Source: Ignavibacteria bacterium (GTDB taxonomy: Bacteria; Bacteroidota; Ignavibacteria; UBA10030; F1-140-MAGs086). Taken from it: 64,000 bases of DNA. The translations under genes and the position numbers were made by a program. The notes under the pieces were generated by a model. That model saw only the letters and a list, made by a program, of their open reading frames with translations, was not told the origin of the DNA and made no database searches. This document shows, in pieces, positions 50,338 to 59,974 of the stretch. The stretch covers positions 10,141-74,140 of the forward strand of contig VGWC01000001.1 in NCBI GenBank assembly GCA_016873775.1. The letters are read 5' to 3'. Within the stretch, counting starts at the first letter, position 1. Each line of letters starts with the position of its first letter.

Positions 50338-52521
50338 ATGCTGTATAAAATTTTACATCATATTTTATTTTTTGCGGTAATTATTTTTCTAACGGAAATC
50401 ATCGTTGCACAATCGAAAAAAACATTGGTTTCATCGGACGAAAACGAAGCGCTGATTATCCTTTCGCACAATAGTTTTTCTTCGGTGCTGAAAGAAATAC
50501 CCATTTCGCAATTCCATCTTTATCAGAAACTTGCACATTCGTATTTCCTCGGAGCAAGTAATCGAACGCTCGTTCAAATGCATCATTCGCGAATTCCGTT
50601 CACTCGTATTGATGAACATCCGTGGAAAACATCGTATGCAATCGTGGAACAATTTTCTCGTATTGCAGAAAAAAATACCGTGTCAAGATTTGCAGAAGTA
50701 TTATATTCAGAAAATAATATTTCCTTGGTTGCAGGAAACGCATTACAATTCGAACAATTGCGACAACAGGGTTTTACCGTTGTTGAAATTCAGAAAAAAG
50801 AAATTCTTTTTGATTTTTCAAAAACACATCTTCCATCGTTTTCTTTCGAACAAGACGATACCATTACTCAAATCATTGCAAATGTTTCCGACTCGACTAT
50901 TCGCAACTACATTCAATCGTTGCAAAATTTCGGAACACGGTATTATTCCAAGCCAACACACGATACCGTAGTGCGATGGATAAAAAAACAATTTCAAAAT
51001 TCCGGAATTGCAGATGTGGTGCTTGATAGTTTTTCTTACAACAGCACTTCGCAAAAAAACGTAGTCGCAACCATTCACGGAACACTTGAACCATCGGCGG
51101 AAATTATTGTTGGCGGTCATCTCGATTCGTACAGTTCCAATACGAATCAGGCGCCGGGAGCAGATGATAATGCTTCGGGAACTGCAGCAGCAATAGAAAT
51201 GGCTCGCGTTTTACAACTTATCAATTACCAACCACGACACACATTGCGGTTTATCGGATTTGCAGCAGAAGAAGCAGGACTTATCGGAAGCGGGGTGTAT
51301 GCGCAAAAGGCGCACCAGCAAAACCGAAATATAAAAGTTATGATGAATTACGATATGATTGGCAACAGAAATCAATCGCAAAGCGACAGAGATTTTTATA
51401 TAGTATGGTATCCCGGAAGCGAAGCATTTTCCAATTTACACGCAGTAATTGCGGAAACATATACAACATTAAATCCTCTCTTAACTACGTCGTATCGCAG
51501 CGGAAGCGACAGTTGGTCGTTTTATCAGCAAAATTACCGTGCTGTTTTTTGCATCGAGCGCGATTTCAGTCCGTATTATCATTCTCCAAACGATTTGATT
51601 CAGTATCTCGATATTCCGTACACCAATGAAATTATTCGCGCTGGACTTGCGATGTTGCTTACACTTGACCAACTTCCTCCTTATTTAAATAAAGTAGAAG
51701 TTCGCGACCGAGGAAACGGGACATCTCTTTTTGTCCAATGGAATGCAAGCACAGTGCTTGATTTTTCACAATACAAAATTTCTGTCGGTACAACTTCGGG
51801 AGCGTACGACACAAGTTTTTCCACGACGAATACATCATTCACAATACAAAATTTAATTTCGGGAACGCAATATTTTATCGGCGTTTCGATTGTTGATTTA
51901 ACAGGAAGCGAAAGTATTATTGTAGAAAAAAATGCAACGCCATTAGTTATTCCGCGTGCTCCTTCTGGAATTTCTACGGAAGTTTCTGTTGGAAATATAT
52001 TGTTGAAGTGGAATAAAAATTCCGAAATGGATTTACGTGGATATAATTTGTATCGTGCGCAAAATCCATTTTCTCCGTTCACAATTTTAAATTCGTTTCC
52101 GATTTTCGATACACTTTGGAGTGATAGTTCATTTATTTCAGGAACGTATTACTATTTTGCAACCGCGCTCGATTCTTCAGAAAACGAAAGCGTCCATTCC
52201 GATACTGTTTCTGCAACCATTGTCAATGTTTCTGCAACAACAGAAGAACAACTTGGATGTTCTCTTTCACAAAATTATCCCAATCCGTTTAACCCGAAAA
52301 CAGATTTCAGATTTCAGATTGCTGACTTTGGATTTGTAACGCTGAAAATTTATGATGTTTCGGGAAAGGTAGTAGCAACGCTTGTCAATAAGAATGTTGC
52401 TGCGGGCACATATTCAGTTACTTGGGATGCGACTGAATTCCCCAGTGGAATATATTTTTATCAACTGAAAACCAACGATGGAAAACAATCTCTTATGAAA
52501 AAACTTTTGTTGCTCAAATGA
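50338..52521 (+). CDS. M28-family aminopeptidase with fibronectin-III-like domains and a T9SS CTD.
   Basis: M28 zinc-binding blocks 'GGHLDSY…GADDNASGTAA' and 'RFIGFAAEEAGLIGS'. CTD 'NYPNPFNPKTDFRF…LKIYDVSGKVVATL'. The start is taken at the ATG at 50338, which follows GGAGG; the track ORF begins at 50212. Confidence 0.85.
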   Translation: MLYKILHHILFFAVIIFLTEIIVAQSKKTLVSSDENEALIILSHNSFSSVLKEIPISQFHLYQKLAHSYFLGASNRTLVQMHHSRIPFTRIDEHPWKTSYAIVEQFSRIAEKNTVSRFAEVLYSENNISLVAGNALQFEQLRQQGFTVVEIQKKEILFDFSKTHLPSFSFEQDDTITQIIANVSDSTIRNYIQSLQNFGTRYYSKPTHDTVVRWIKKQFQNSGIADVVLDSFSYNSTSQKNVVATIHGTLEPSAEIIVGGHLDSYSSNTNQAPGADDNASGTAAAIEMARVLQLINYQPRHTLRFIGFAAEEAGLIGSGVYAQKAHQQNRNIKVMMNYDMIGNRNQSQSDRDFYIVWYPGSEAFSNLHAVIAETYTTLNPLLTTSYRSGSDSWSFYQQNYRAVFCIERDFSPYYHSPNDLIQYLDIPYTNEIIRAGLAMLLTLDQLPPYLNKVEVRDRGNGTSLFVQWNASTVLDFSQYKISVGTTSGAYDTSFSTTNTSFTIQNLISGTQYFIGVSIVDLTGSESIIVEKNATPLVIPRAPSGISTEVSVGNILLKWNKNSEMDLRGYNLYRAQNPFSPFTILNSFPIFDTLWSDSSFISGTYYYFATALDSSENESVHSDTVSATIVNVSATTEEQLGCSLSQNYPNPFNPKTDFRFQIADFGFVTLKIYDVSGKVVATLVNKNVAAGTYSVTWDATEFPSGIYFYQLKTNDGKQSLMKKLLLLK

Positions 52522-54239
52522 GAAAAATATTTTTACTATGTACGTTTTGTATTCTCGAATTGCACTCTGTACGTTCGCATGAAGATGAAATTTATTTTTC
52601 GTTTCGAATCAAGAACGCATCAGAGTTAACGCAACTCACGCAACTGATTTCGATAGATAACGTGAAATGTGATACGGTTTTTGCATACGCAAATTCAACG
52701 CAGTGGAAAGTTTTTTTACAAAAAAATTATGCAACAAAAAAACTTGTTCATCCCGGAAGTGCATTTCTTCACGAAATGTCTAACGTTCCACTTTCAACAA
52801 CATCGTGGGACAAGTATCCGACGTACGCCGCATATCTTGCAATGATGCGGCAATTCGCTGATAGTTTTCCGAATATTTGTTCGCTTGATACTATTGGTTA
52901 TTCTGTCCAGGGAAGACAAATTCTTGCAGTAAAAATTTCTGATTCCGTTCATCAAAATGAAAGTGAGCCGGAATTTTTTTACACATCAACAATGCATGGC
53001 GATGAAACTGTTGGCTTTGTAATACTTTTGCGATTGATTGATACAATACTGCGGCAGTACGAAAATGATTCGTCGCAAAATTTTCGAATGACCAATCTTG
53101 TGAACAACTTAGAAATCTGGATCAATCCGTTATCGAATCCCGACGGAACATATCGTTTGGGAGGCGATACAACGGTGAACAACGCGCGGCGATTCAATGC
53201 AAACGGAAAAGATTTGAACAGAAATTTTCCCGATAGAATCTTCGATACAACCAGCACAACGAATGGAAGAGAAATAGAAACACGAGCGATGATGCAATTT
53301 ACATCGCAGCATAATTTTATTCTTTCAGCAAATTTTCACGGCGGCGCGCAAGTTGTCAATTATCCATGGGACAACGGGGCAAGCAGCGGAACATATTCTG
53401 CGTGTCCCGAGGATGCGTGGTTTATTGAACTTTCAAAAAAATATTCGTTGCCGAATCCGGATTTGATGAACGGCGGATTTGCAAACGGAATTACCAACGG
53501 TTGCGATTGGTACGCCATTAACGGAGGAAGACAAGATTGGATGTATTGGTGGAAAGGCGGAAGAGAAACTACTATTGAATTGTGGAACGCAAAAAATCCG
53601 CAGGGTTCTGTTCTTCCTCAACGTTGGGTGAATAATCAAGAATCTCTTCTTGCATATATGGAAGAAGCATTGAAAGGAATTCACGGAACAATTTATGATG
53701 CGCAAAACGGAACGCCAGTAAGAGCAAAAATTGTCGTTCAAAATTTTCCTACAATTGCAGTGTATTCCGATTCGCTCGTTGGGGATTTTCATCGTTTGAT
53801 TGCGCCGGGAAATTATTCGATTCTTGTTTCTGCTCCGAACTATATTCCTGATACAATGAACAATATCGTCGTGGTTGATACAATGAGCACAGTATTGCAG
53901 ATTCCGTTACAAAAAATTACCAATGATATTTCTGAAAACGAAAATTTCAGTTCTTCGTTTTTGCTTTTACAAAATTTTCCGAATCCGTTTAATCCGACGA
54001 CTGCTATACACTTTACATTATCCACTGCTGCACTTACCTCGTTGAAAGTATATGATATTCTTGGAAAGGAAGTTGCAACATTGATTAACAGGAGAATAAT
54101 GAATGAAGGAAAACACGAAATCGAATTTGATGCAAGAACTGTAACAAGTGGAATATACTTTTATCGTTTGGATGTTACGCATCCCGATAACGCAGAATTA
54201 CATTTCACAGAAACAAAAAAATTATTGTTACTGAAATAA
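52518..54239 (+). CDS. M14-family zinc carboxypeptidase with a T9SS CTD.
   Basis: 'FFYTSTMHGDETVG' (HxxE zinc motif), 'NRNF' and 'NFHGG' M14 blocks. The CTD has the same 166-nt segment as the FG-GAP gene (coordinates in the repeat features). Confidence 0.85.
   Translation: MRKIFLLCTFCILELHSVRSHEDEIYFSFRIKNASELTQLTQLISIDNVKCDTVFAYANSTQWKVFLQKNYATKKLVHPGSAFLHEMSNVPLSTTSWDKYPTYAAYLAMMRQFADSFPNICSLDTIGYSVQGRQILAVKISDSVHQNESEPEFFYTSTMHGDETVGFVILLRLIDTILRQYENDSSQNFRMTNLVNNLEIWINPLSNPDGTYRLGGDTTVNNARRFNANGKDLNRNFPDRIFDTTSTTNGREIETRAMMQFTSQHNFILSANFHGGAQVVNYPWDNGASSGTYSACPEDAWFIELSKKYSLPNPDLMNGGFANGITNGCDWYAINGGRQDWMYWWKGGRETTIELWNAKNPQGSVLPQRWVNNQESLLAYMEEALKGIHGTIYDAQNGTPVRAKIVVQNFPTIAVYSDSLVGDFHRLIAPGNYSILVSAPNYIPDTMNNIVVVDTMSTVLQIPLQKITNDISENENFSSSFLLLQNFPNPFNPTTAIHFTLSTAALTSLKVYDILGKEVATLINRRIMNEGKHEIEFDARTVTSGIYFYRLDVTHPDNAELHFTETKKLLLLK
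53970..54135 (+). repeat. Copy 2 of the 166-bp duplicated CTD segment.
   Basis: See copy 1. Confidence 0.8.
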
Positions 54240-54258
54240 TTTTTCTTTCACAGGTTGT

Positions 54259-55914
54259 ATGCAACCATTTTTTAATTTACTCGCAGAAAATCCGCTACTA
54301 CTATTATTCACCGTAATCGGATTCGGATTTCTTTTGGGAAATATAAAAATAGGTGGATTCTCACTTGGTGTTGCAGCAGTGTTGTTTGTTGGAATTGCAT
54401 TCAGCGCAATGGATAATCGTTTGCATCTTCCCGAATCCATCTACATCATCGGATTGGTGATGTTCGTGTATGCAATAGGATTGCAATCGGGTCCGGGATT
54501 TTTTGCTTCATTTCAAAAACGCGGCTTTCGAATCAATGCAGTTTCGCTGTTCATTATTTCCGCAGGCGCATTGATAACGTTCGTCGTTGGAACGTTATTT
54601 CAGTTATCGTCGTCGGAAATTGTCGGATTATTTTGCGGCGCGCTCACCAACACTCCCGCTCTTGCCGCTACCGTTGAAACAATCAAACAAATCACTGCGA
54701 ATTCTTCATCAACAACTGCGGAAATAATGAACAATAGTCCCGTTGTTATTTACGGTCTTGTATATCCTTTCGGCGTGTTGGGCGTAATTCTCTGGTGTTT
54801 TATTTTCAACAAATATTTTAAAACGGATTTTGAAAAAGAAACAAAAGAAACTGCGGCAGAAACGATTCTCAGTAAAACGTTTAAAGTTACCAATCCCGCT
54901 ATTGTCGGAAAGACGATAGAGATGGTTTTAAAATTCGTTGAACATGCTGGTTTTACCATCAGCAGAATAAGAAGAGGAGAAATGTTTTTTCTCGTTACGT
55001 CGGAAACAACATTAGAATTCAATGATTATCTCATTATTGTCGGAACGGAATCGTCGTTGGAAAAAGCGTATATTTTATTTGGCGACGTTGCGGAGATAAA
55101 CTTGAATATCGGAGAACAGCCAAGCGAATTCAGTTACCGAAGAATTTTTGTTTCCAATAAATCCGTTGTCGGAAAAACCATTCGCGAACTCAATCTTCAA
55201 CAATTGCTCGGCGCAACCATAACGCGATTATTGCGCGGCGACGTGGAGTTTGTTCCATCATTGGAAACAACGCTTGAATTGGGAGACAGAATCCGCGTTG
55301 TAACAAAAAAAGAAAATATGGAACGCGTTACAAAGTTTTTCGGTGATTCCGTCAAAGCAATTTCGGAAACAGATTTTCTCTCTGTTTCGTTAGGAATAGT
55401 ATTAGGGGTTTTTCTTGGAATGGTTCCGTTTCCACTTCCGAATGGGATGACGTTCAAACTTGGATTTGCAGGAGGTCCATTAATTGTTGCGTTGCTCTTG
55501 GGAAAACTTGAGCGCACGGGACCAATTACGTGGAGTATGCCATTGAACGCAAATTTAGTACTGCGACAACTTGGATTAGTTTTTTTCCTTTCCGGAATTG
55601 GAACAAAAGCAGGAAAAGGATTTGCAGAAATTTTTTTACGAGGAGGAATAGAAATCATTATTGCCGGCGCAATCATTACTTCGCTCGTTACCATTTGTAC
55701 CATTGTTATCGGTTACAAATTTTTGCATCTTCCGATGTCGTCGGTGCTGGGAATACTGTCGGGAGTTCAAACACAACCTGCCGTACTTGCGTATGCAAAT
55801 CAGCAAGCGCAAAACGAACTTCCGAATCTTTGGTACGCAACCGTGTATCCCGCTTCGATGATTGCGAAAATCATTCTTGCGCAGGTTTTAGTTTCTCTTT
55901 TGTTGTTCTCATAG
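54259..55914 (+). CDS. YidE/YbjL/AspT-family transporter (duplicated permease halves flanking two RCK_C/TrkA-C domains).
   Basis: 'MQPFFNLLAENPLLLLFTVIGFGFLLGNIKIGGFSLGVAAVLFVG' N-terminus typical of this family. Central soluble region with two TrkA-C-like segments. A second hydrophobic half. Confidence 0.7.
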   Translation: MQPFFNLLAENPLLLLFTVIGFGFLLGNIKIGGFSLGVAAVLFVGIAFSAMDNRLHLPESIYIIGLVMFVYAIGLQSGPGFFASFQKRGFRINAVSLFIISAGALITFVVGTLFQLSSSEIVGLFCGALTNTPALAATVETIKQITANSSSTTAEIMNNSPVVIYGLVYPFGVLGVILWCFIFNKYFKTDFEKETKETAAETILSKTFKVTNPAIVGKTIEMVLKFVEHAGFTISRIRRGEMFFLVTSETTLEFNDYLIIVGTESSLEKAYILFGDVAEINLNIGEQPSEFSYRRIFVSNKSVVGKTIRELNLQQLLGATITRLLRGDVEFVPSLETTLELGDRIRVVTKKENMERVTKFFGDSVKAISETDFLSVSLGIVLGVFLGMVPFPLPNGMTFKLGFAGGPLIVALLLGKLERTGPITWSMPLNANLVLRQLGLVFFLSGIGTKAGKGFAEIFLRGGIEIIIAGAIITSLVTICTIVIGYKFLHLPMSSVLGILSGVQTQPAVLAYANQQAQNELPNLWYATVYPASMIAKIILAQVLVSLLLFS

Positions 55915-56211
55915 AGAATGCACATTGCTTCTGCAAACATTATTTTTTTTCTTACCACAATTTTTCATCACGAACGAACGAAAGGTATTGCTCTCACTTT
56001 CAATGTTCATTGAAAGTGTGTCGTTCTTCGTGTTTGCAAAATATATCCTATTACAACAGCGCTCGTTTATTCCTAAAAAACGAATTCAAAACGATAATAG
56101 ACTAATACACTATTTGCTTTTGCCGCTTCGTACATTTTCGTTGTACACGTTCCGGACTTTATTCAACTCATATGTTTTCGATGTACTATCGAACACCTTG
56201 ATAAAGCGCTC

Positions 56212-58887
56212 TTAAAACTTATGTCCCATAGAAAAATAAGCAAGCGTTGGTGCAAAAAGCACTTTCGTTTTCGGAAACGATTTGATAAAGACAAAACTTT
56301 TTCCTACAGCAACAGAAGCAGAACCAATCGGCGTATCAAGTGCAAGTTCCAATCCGGCGCCGTGTTGAAAATTCTGCAATGCAATTTCGCGCACTTCTTT
56401 CGAAATCATTCCGACATCGTACCGCGCTTTGAAATACGTTTCGAAAAGAATTTTGAACGGAAGTTTGAAACGGTATTCCATATTCACGACAAATAATTGT
56501 CTCCCGCGCTCGTCATCTTCTCTTCTTCCCAAAAACGATTCGAAACCGCCAAGGGAAAACTGTTCGGAAAGTGGAAGCGTTGCATCGGCAAAACCAAACG
56601 TAATGCGCGGGCGCAATGTGTGCCTTTGAAATATCGTTACATAACTTTCATACAACGAAAATATTTTTGTGAACGAACGCTCGCTTCCGAAAGATTTCGA
56701 CGCAAGTTCGTACGAAGCGATAAAACGAATTCCCGATGTCGGAAAGACAAACTCATTTTCCGAATCTACGAGAATACTTCCTTTCAATGAAGCAAGGATA
56801 AATCGTTCTCCGAAAAATCCCGCAGAATATTTTGACGTTGCGATTTCTTTTGTTTCGTGATTTTCCACGCGCATTTCAACGTTCACATTTCCGAAACGCG
56901 CAACTTGCGAGCCAAAGGAAAATGTTCCACCGTATTTTATTTCGCGGTATTCTCCAATAGCAACGCGGTCCAAATCATTATCCGCTTCCGGATTTTTTTC
57001 AAATAGAAACACATCGCGCAATTTGTAATACGATTTGATGTTTCCCGTAAAATAGGTATTAAAAATTCTGTTCACGTTATATCGCAATCGAAACAAACGA
57101 TTACGAAAACCACCGGCAAAGGTAAATCCCAAATCTTGACCGGCAGAAAGAAAATTTACTTGACGCGCATCAAACAGCAACTGAAAATTTCGCTCGTTAT
57201 CTAAACGGATTCCCGAACGTAATATTTCTGTGCTTTTTTCCAACACACAAATGGTAACGTTGTTTTTCTTTTTTTCATCTTTCACAACATCGAGATACAC
57301 TTGCTCAAAAAGTCCAGTGCTGAGAATATTTTTCACACACTCACGCTCATCTTCTAAAGTAAAAATATCGCCGCGTTCGAAAGGAAGTTCGCGAAGAATG
57401 ACATAGTCCTGCGTATGAAAGTTTCCATTGATGCTGATGGAGTCTATCGTTCCTTCGTCGAGCGAAATGGCAAGCGCGCCGTCATTTGATAACGTAACGG
57501 ATTCTATCTCTGCGATGGAAAAACCGTTTGCGCGATAATACTTGAGTATTTTTTCCCGAAGGATTAGGATATCGTTTGCAGATACTTCTTTTCCGAAATA
57601 GGATTGCGCAAGCGTACGCAACTGCGAATGGGGAATCTGCCAATTGCCGGAAATCCGAAACTCCCGAAGCAATGGATTTTTTTCTGCAACAAACGTTATC
57701 TTTGTATATGGTGAATCATTTTGAATTTCAGCATAAACATTTGCCGTTGGGAATTGCTGTTGCATTTCAAAAAGAAATTGCTGAACAATTTCTTCGCTGA
57801 AATGCAGGTTTTGTTCTTCTTCAATGCGCTGACGAATCGAATCGGGAATATTTCCACGAAAATGAATTGATGCGGTTGAAAAGTGATGCGCTGCTGTTGT
57901 TGTATTTTTTCTTCTGGAAATTAGCAATGCAGTAATTTCGTTCAGTTTCTTTTCCGCCGCTTTTTCTCCTTCGGAAATAAGATACGAAAGTTGTGAAAAG
58001 TCGGAAGAAAGTGTATTACGGATTTCGGGAGTAATAACTACGTCGGCACTTTCCAGTTGTTTGCGATTCGGCATTTCCATCATAATGCTCATAATTTGGT
58101 CTGCCGATTCCCACGGCGCTTTCATTTGTTCGAGCGTTCGCAGATTGCTTGTCGTGTTCACAGCAACAATGATTTCGATGTTGTTTTCGCGTGCAACATC
58201 AACGGGAATATTGGAAACCAAACCGCCATCGAGCAGGAGCATCGAATCTTTTTTAAACGCGGAAAACATCAGTGGCACTGAAATACTTGCGCGTAACGCT
58301 TCGGAAAGAGAACCGTGCGACATTATCATTCGTTTTCCCGAAATCAAATCAGTGGAAACGGAACGAAACGGAATTTTCAGTTCGTCAAAATTTCGTTGCG
58401 GATAGTACAGCGATTGCAAACATAATTCATTAAGAAAGGTTGTCAATCGTTGTCCGCTTGAAACTGATGATGGAAGAATCGGTTGAAATCCTTCCATCCG
58501 CAGTAAGAGAAATCCCTGTTCTTCTTCTTCTTTTTGTCCTATAAAAAGTGATAACCGTTCTGTTTCGCCGGAAAGTGAAAGCAATGTATTCCAATCAGTA
58601 TGCAACGCAATGCTTTCAATTTCTGCAAGCGAATATCCCGAAGCGTACATTCCTCCGATGATGCTTCCCATACTGTTTCCGACAATAACATCAACTGGAA
58701 TAGTATTGCGTTCAAAAACTTTTAATACGCCGAGTTGAGCAATGCTTCGCGCTCCGCCGCCGCTTAATACAACGGCAATACGCGGACGCATTGTATTTTT
58801 CGGAAAGATAATGTTGTTTTCTTTAGCAACAGAAAGACGGAAAAAGAAAACAACGAGTAAAAAGATTTTTACTAATGCAACCTTCAA
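56212..58887 (-). CDS. Patatin-like phospholipase fused to a POTRA + Omp85/surface-antigen β-barrel (PlpD-like, type Vd secretion architecture).
   Basis: Signal peptide. Patatin motifs 'LSGGGARS' (oxyanion), 'GNSMGS' (GxSxG) and 'DGGLVSN' (catalytic Asp). The C-terminal 350 aa are β-barrel-like with alternating aromatics and end in 'F'. Confidence 0.8.
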   Translation of the reverse strand: MKVALVKIFLLVVFFFRLSVAKENNIIFPKNTMRPRIAVVLSGGGARSIAQLGVLKVFERNTIPVDVIVGNSMGSIIGGMYASGYSLAEIESIALHTDWNTLLSLSGETERLSLFIGQKEEEEQGFLLLRMEGFQPILPSSVSSGQRLTTFLNELCLQSLYYPQRNFDELKIPFRSVSTDLISGKRMIMSHGSLSEALRASISVPLMFSAFKKDSMLLLDGGLVSNIPVDVARENNIEIIVAVNTTSNLRTLEQMKAPWESADQIMSIMMEMPNRKQLESADVVITPEIRNTLSSDFSQLSYLISEGEKAAEKKLNEITALLISRRKNTTTAAHHFSTASIHFRGNIPDSIRQRIEEEQNLHFSEEIVQQFLFEMQQQFPTANVYAEIQNDSPYTKITFVAEKNPLLREFRISGNWQIPHSQLRTLAQSYFGKEVSANDILILREKILKYYRANGFSIAEIESVTLSNDGALAISLDEGTIDSISINGNFHTQDYVILRELPFERGDIFTLEDERECVKNILSTGLFEQVYLDVVKDEKKKNNVTICVLEKSTEILRSGIRLDNERNFQLLFDARQVNFLSAGQDLGFTFAGGFRNRLFRLRYNVNRIFNTYFTGNIKSYYKLRDVFLFEKNPEADNDLDRVAIGEYREIKYGGTFSFGSQVARFGNVNVEMRVENHETKEIATSKYSAGFFGERFILASLKGSILVDSENEFVFPTSGIRFIASYELASKSFGSERSFTKIFSLYESYVTIFQRHTLRPRITFGFADATLPLSEQFSLGGFESFLGRREDDERGRQLFVVNMEYRFKLPFKILFETYFKARYDVGMISKEVREIALQNFQHGAGLELALDTPIGSASVAVGKSFVFIKSFPKTKVLFAPTLAYFSMGHKF

Positions 58888-58908
58888 AGGTTATCCTGAA
58901 GCAAAAAA

Positions 58909-59799
58909 TTATTTATCGCCAAGAATTATCGGCAAACCGTCTTTTCCACTTCCGACGATAACTACTTTTGTATTAGGCGATTCAGCAATTTTCATCGTTG
59001 CTTCAATGCCTTTCCATTTTAAGAGTTGGTCGCTGAGACCTGAGGAAATAATTTTTTGAAAATCTGCAATGCCCTGCGCTTCGATGCGTTTTCGTTCTGC
59101 TTCCTGCGATTCTTTCTGAAGAACAAATTGCATTCGCTGGCTTTCCTGTTCCATTCGCAATTTTTCTTCAATGGATGCGGAAAGTTTATCGGGAAGTGTT
59201 AATCGGCGCAGCGGAATTGATTCAACAATAATTCCACGGGGAGCAACTATTTTTGCTACATCGAGAAGTATGACTGCTGAAAGACTTTCTCTCGCTGAAG
59301 TGTACAGTGCTTTGGCTTCGTACATTGCTGTAACGCCGCGTACGACAGAACGAAACTGCGGAAGTAAGATAACTCCGATATAATCTTCGCCAACTGTTTT
59401 GTATACTTCTGCGGCGGTTTCAGGATTTAAATGATACAATACGCTTGCTTCTAATTTAACCGTGAGTCCTTCTTTTGTCGGAACTTCCATTTCTTCTTTG
59501 CCTTCTTGGGTTTTCACGGAAAATTTTATTACACGCGCAAGTGGATTTACAAACCTAATTCCCGCTTTCAACGTGTTCTCCGAAACGTTTCCGAAGAAAT
59601 CTACGACGCCAATATTTCCTGCGGGAACAACGGTGTAGCATTGACTCAACGCAATGACTGCTGCAATGAACGATACAAGCCCAGAAACTGATGCACGGTT
59701 TTTATACGCTTCGTTATGTTCGCGGGAATATTTTCTTCGCGCGTTTGTCCAAGTACCAAGAGAAACAATTGTTACCAACACTAAAATAATAAATAACAT
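58909..59799 (-). CDS. SPFH/band-7 (prohibitin/HflKC-like) membrane protein.
   Basis: N-terminal TM, SPFH core 'PAGNIGVVDFFGNV…', and a C-terminal coiled coil. Confidence 0.8.
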   Translation of the reverse strand: MLFIILVLVTIVSLGTWTNARRKYSREHNEAYKNRASVSGLVSFIAAVIALSQCYTVVPAGNIGVVDFFGNVSENTLKAGIRFVNPLARVIKFSVKTQEGKEEMEVPTKEGLTVKLEASVLYHLNPETAAEVYKTVGEDYIGVILLPQFRSVVRGVTAMYEAKALYTSARESLSAVILLDVAKIVAPRGIIVESIPLRRLTLPDKLSASIEEKLRMEQESQRMQFVLQKESQEAERKRIEAQGIADFQKIISSGLSDQLLKWKGIEATMKIAESPNTKVVIVGSGKDGLPIILGDK

Positions 59800-59896
59800 A
59801 AAAAAATCCTTTTTGATAAGTTAAAAAAATGCGGGGAAAATTACTTAAAGATGAAGGGAAAAAAAAATGAGGTGAAAGAACATCTGCGTTTTATTA

Positions 59897-59930
59897 TCAA
59901 AAACACAAAACCCGTTCAAGAATTTTCTCA
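59897..59930. terminator. Stem-loop flanked by A- and T-runs downstream of the partial giant adhesin gene.
   Basis: 'aaaacccgtt–14 nt–aacgggttatcttttt': 8-bp stem with an A-run 5' and a T-run 3' (bidirectional appearance). Confidence 0.4.
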
Positions 59931-59974
59931 AACGGGTTATCTTTTTCTTTCAATGTGAAAAGTTGCTGAATGTT

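Noticed and set aside
55925-56215. 96-aa plus-strand ORF in the convergent gap between the transporter and patatin genes
   Set aside because: It has no start context, hydrophobic low-complexity sequence, and overlaps the hairpin-containing terminator region. Likely non-coding.
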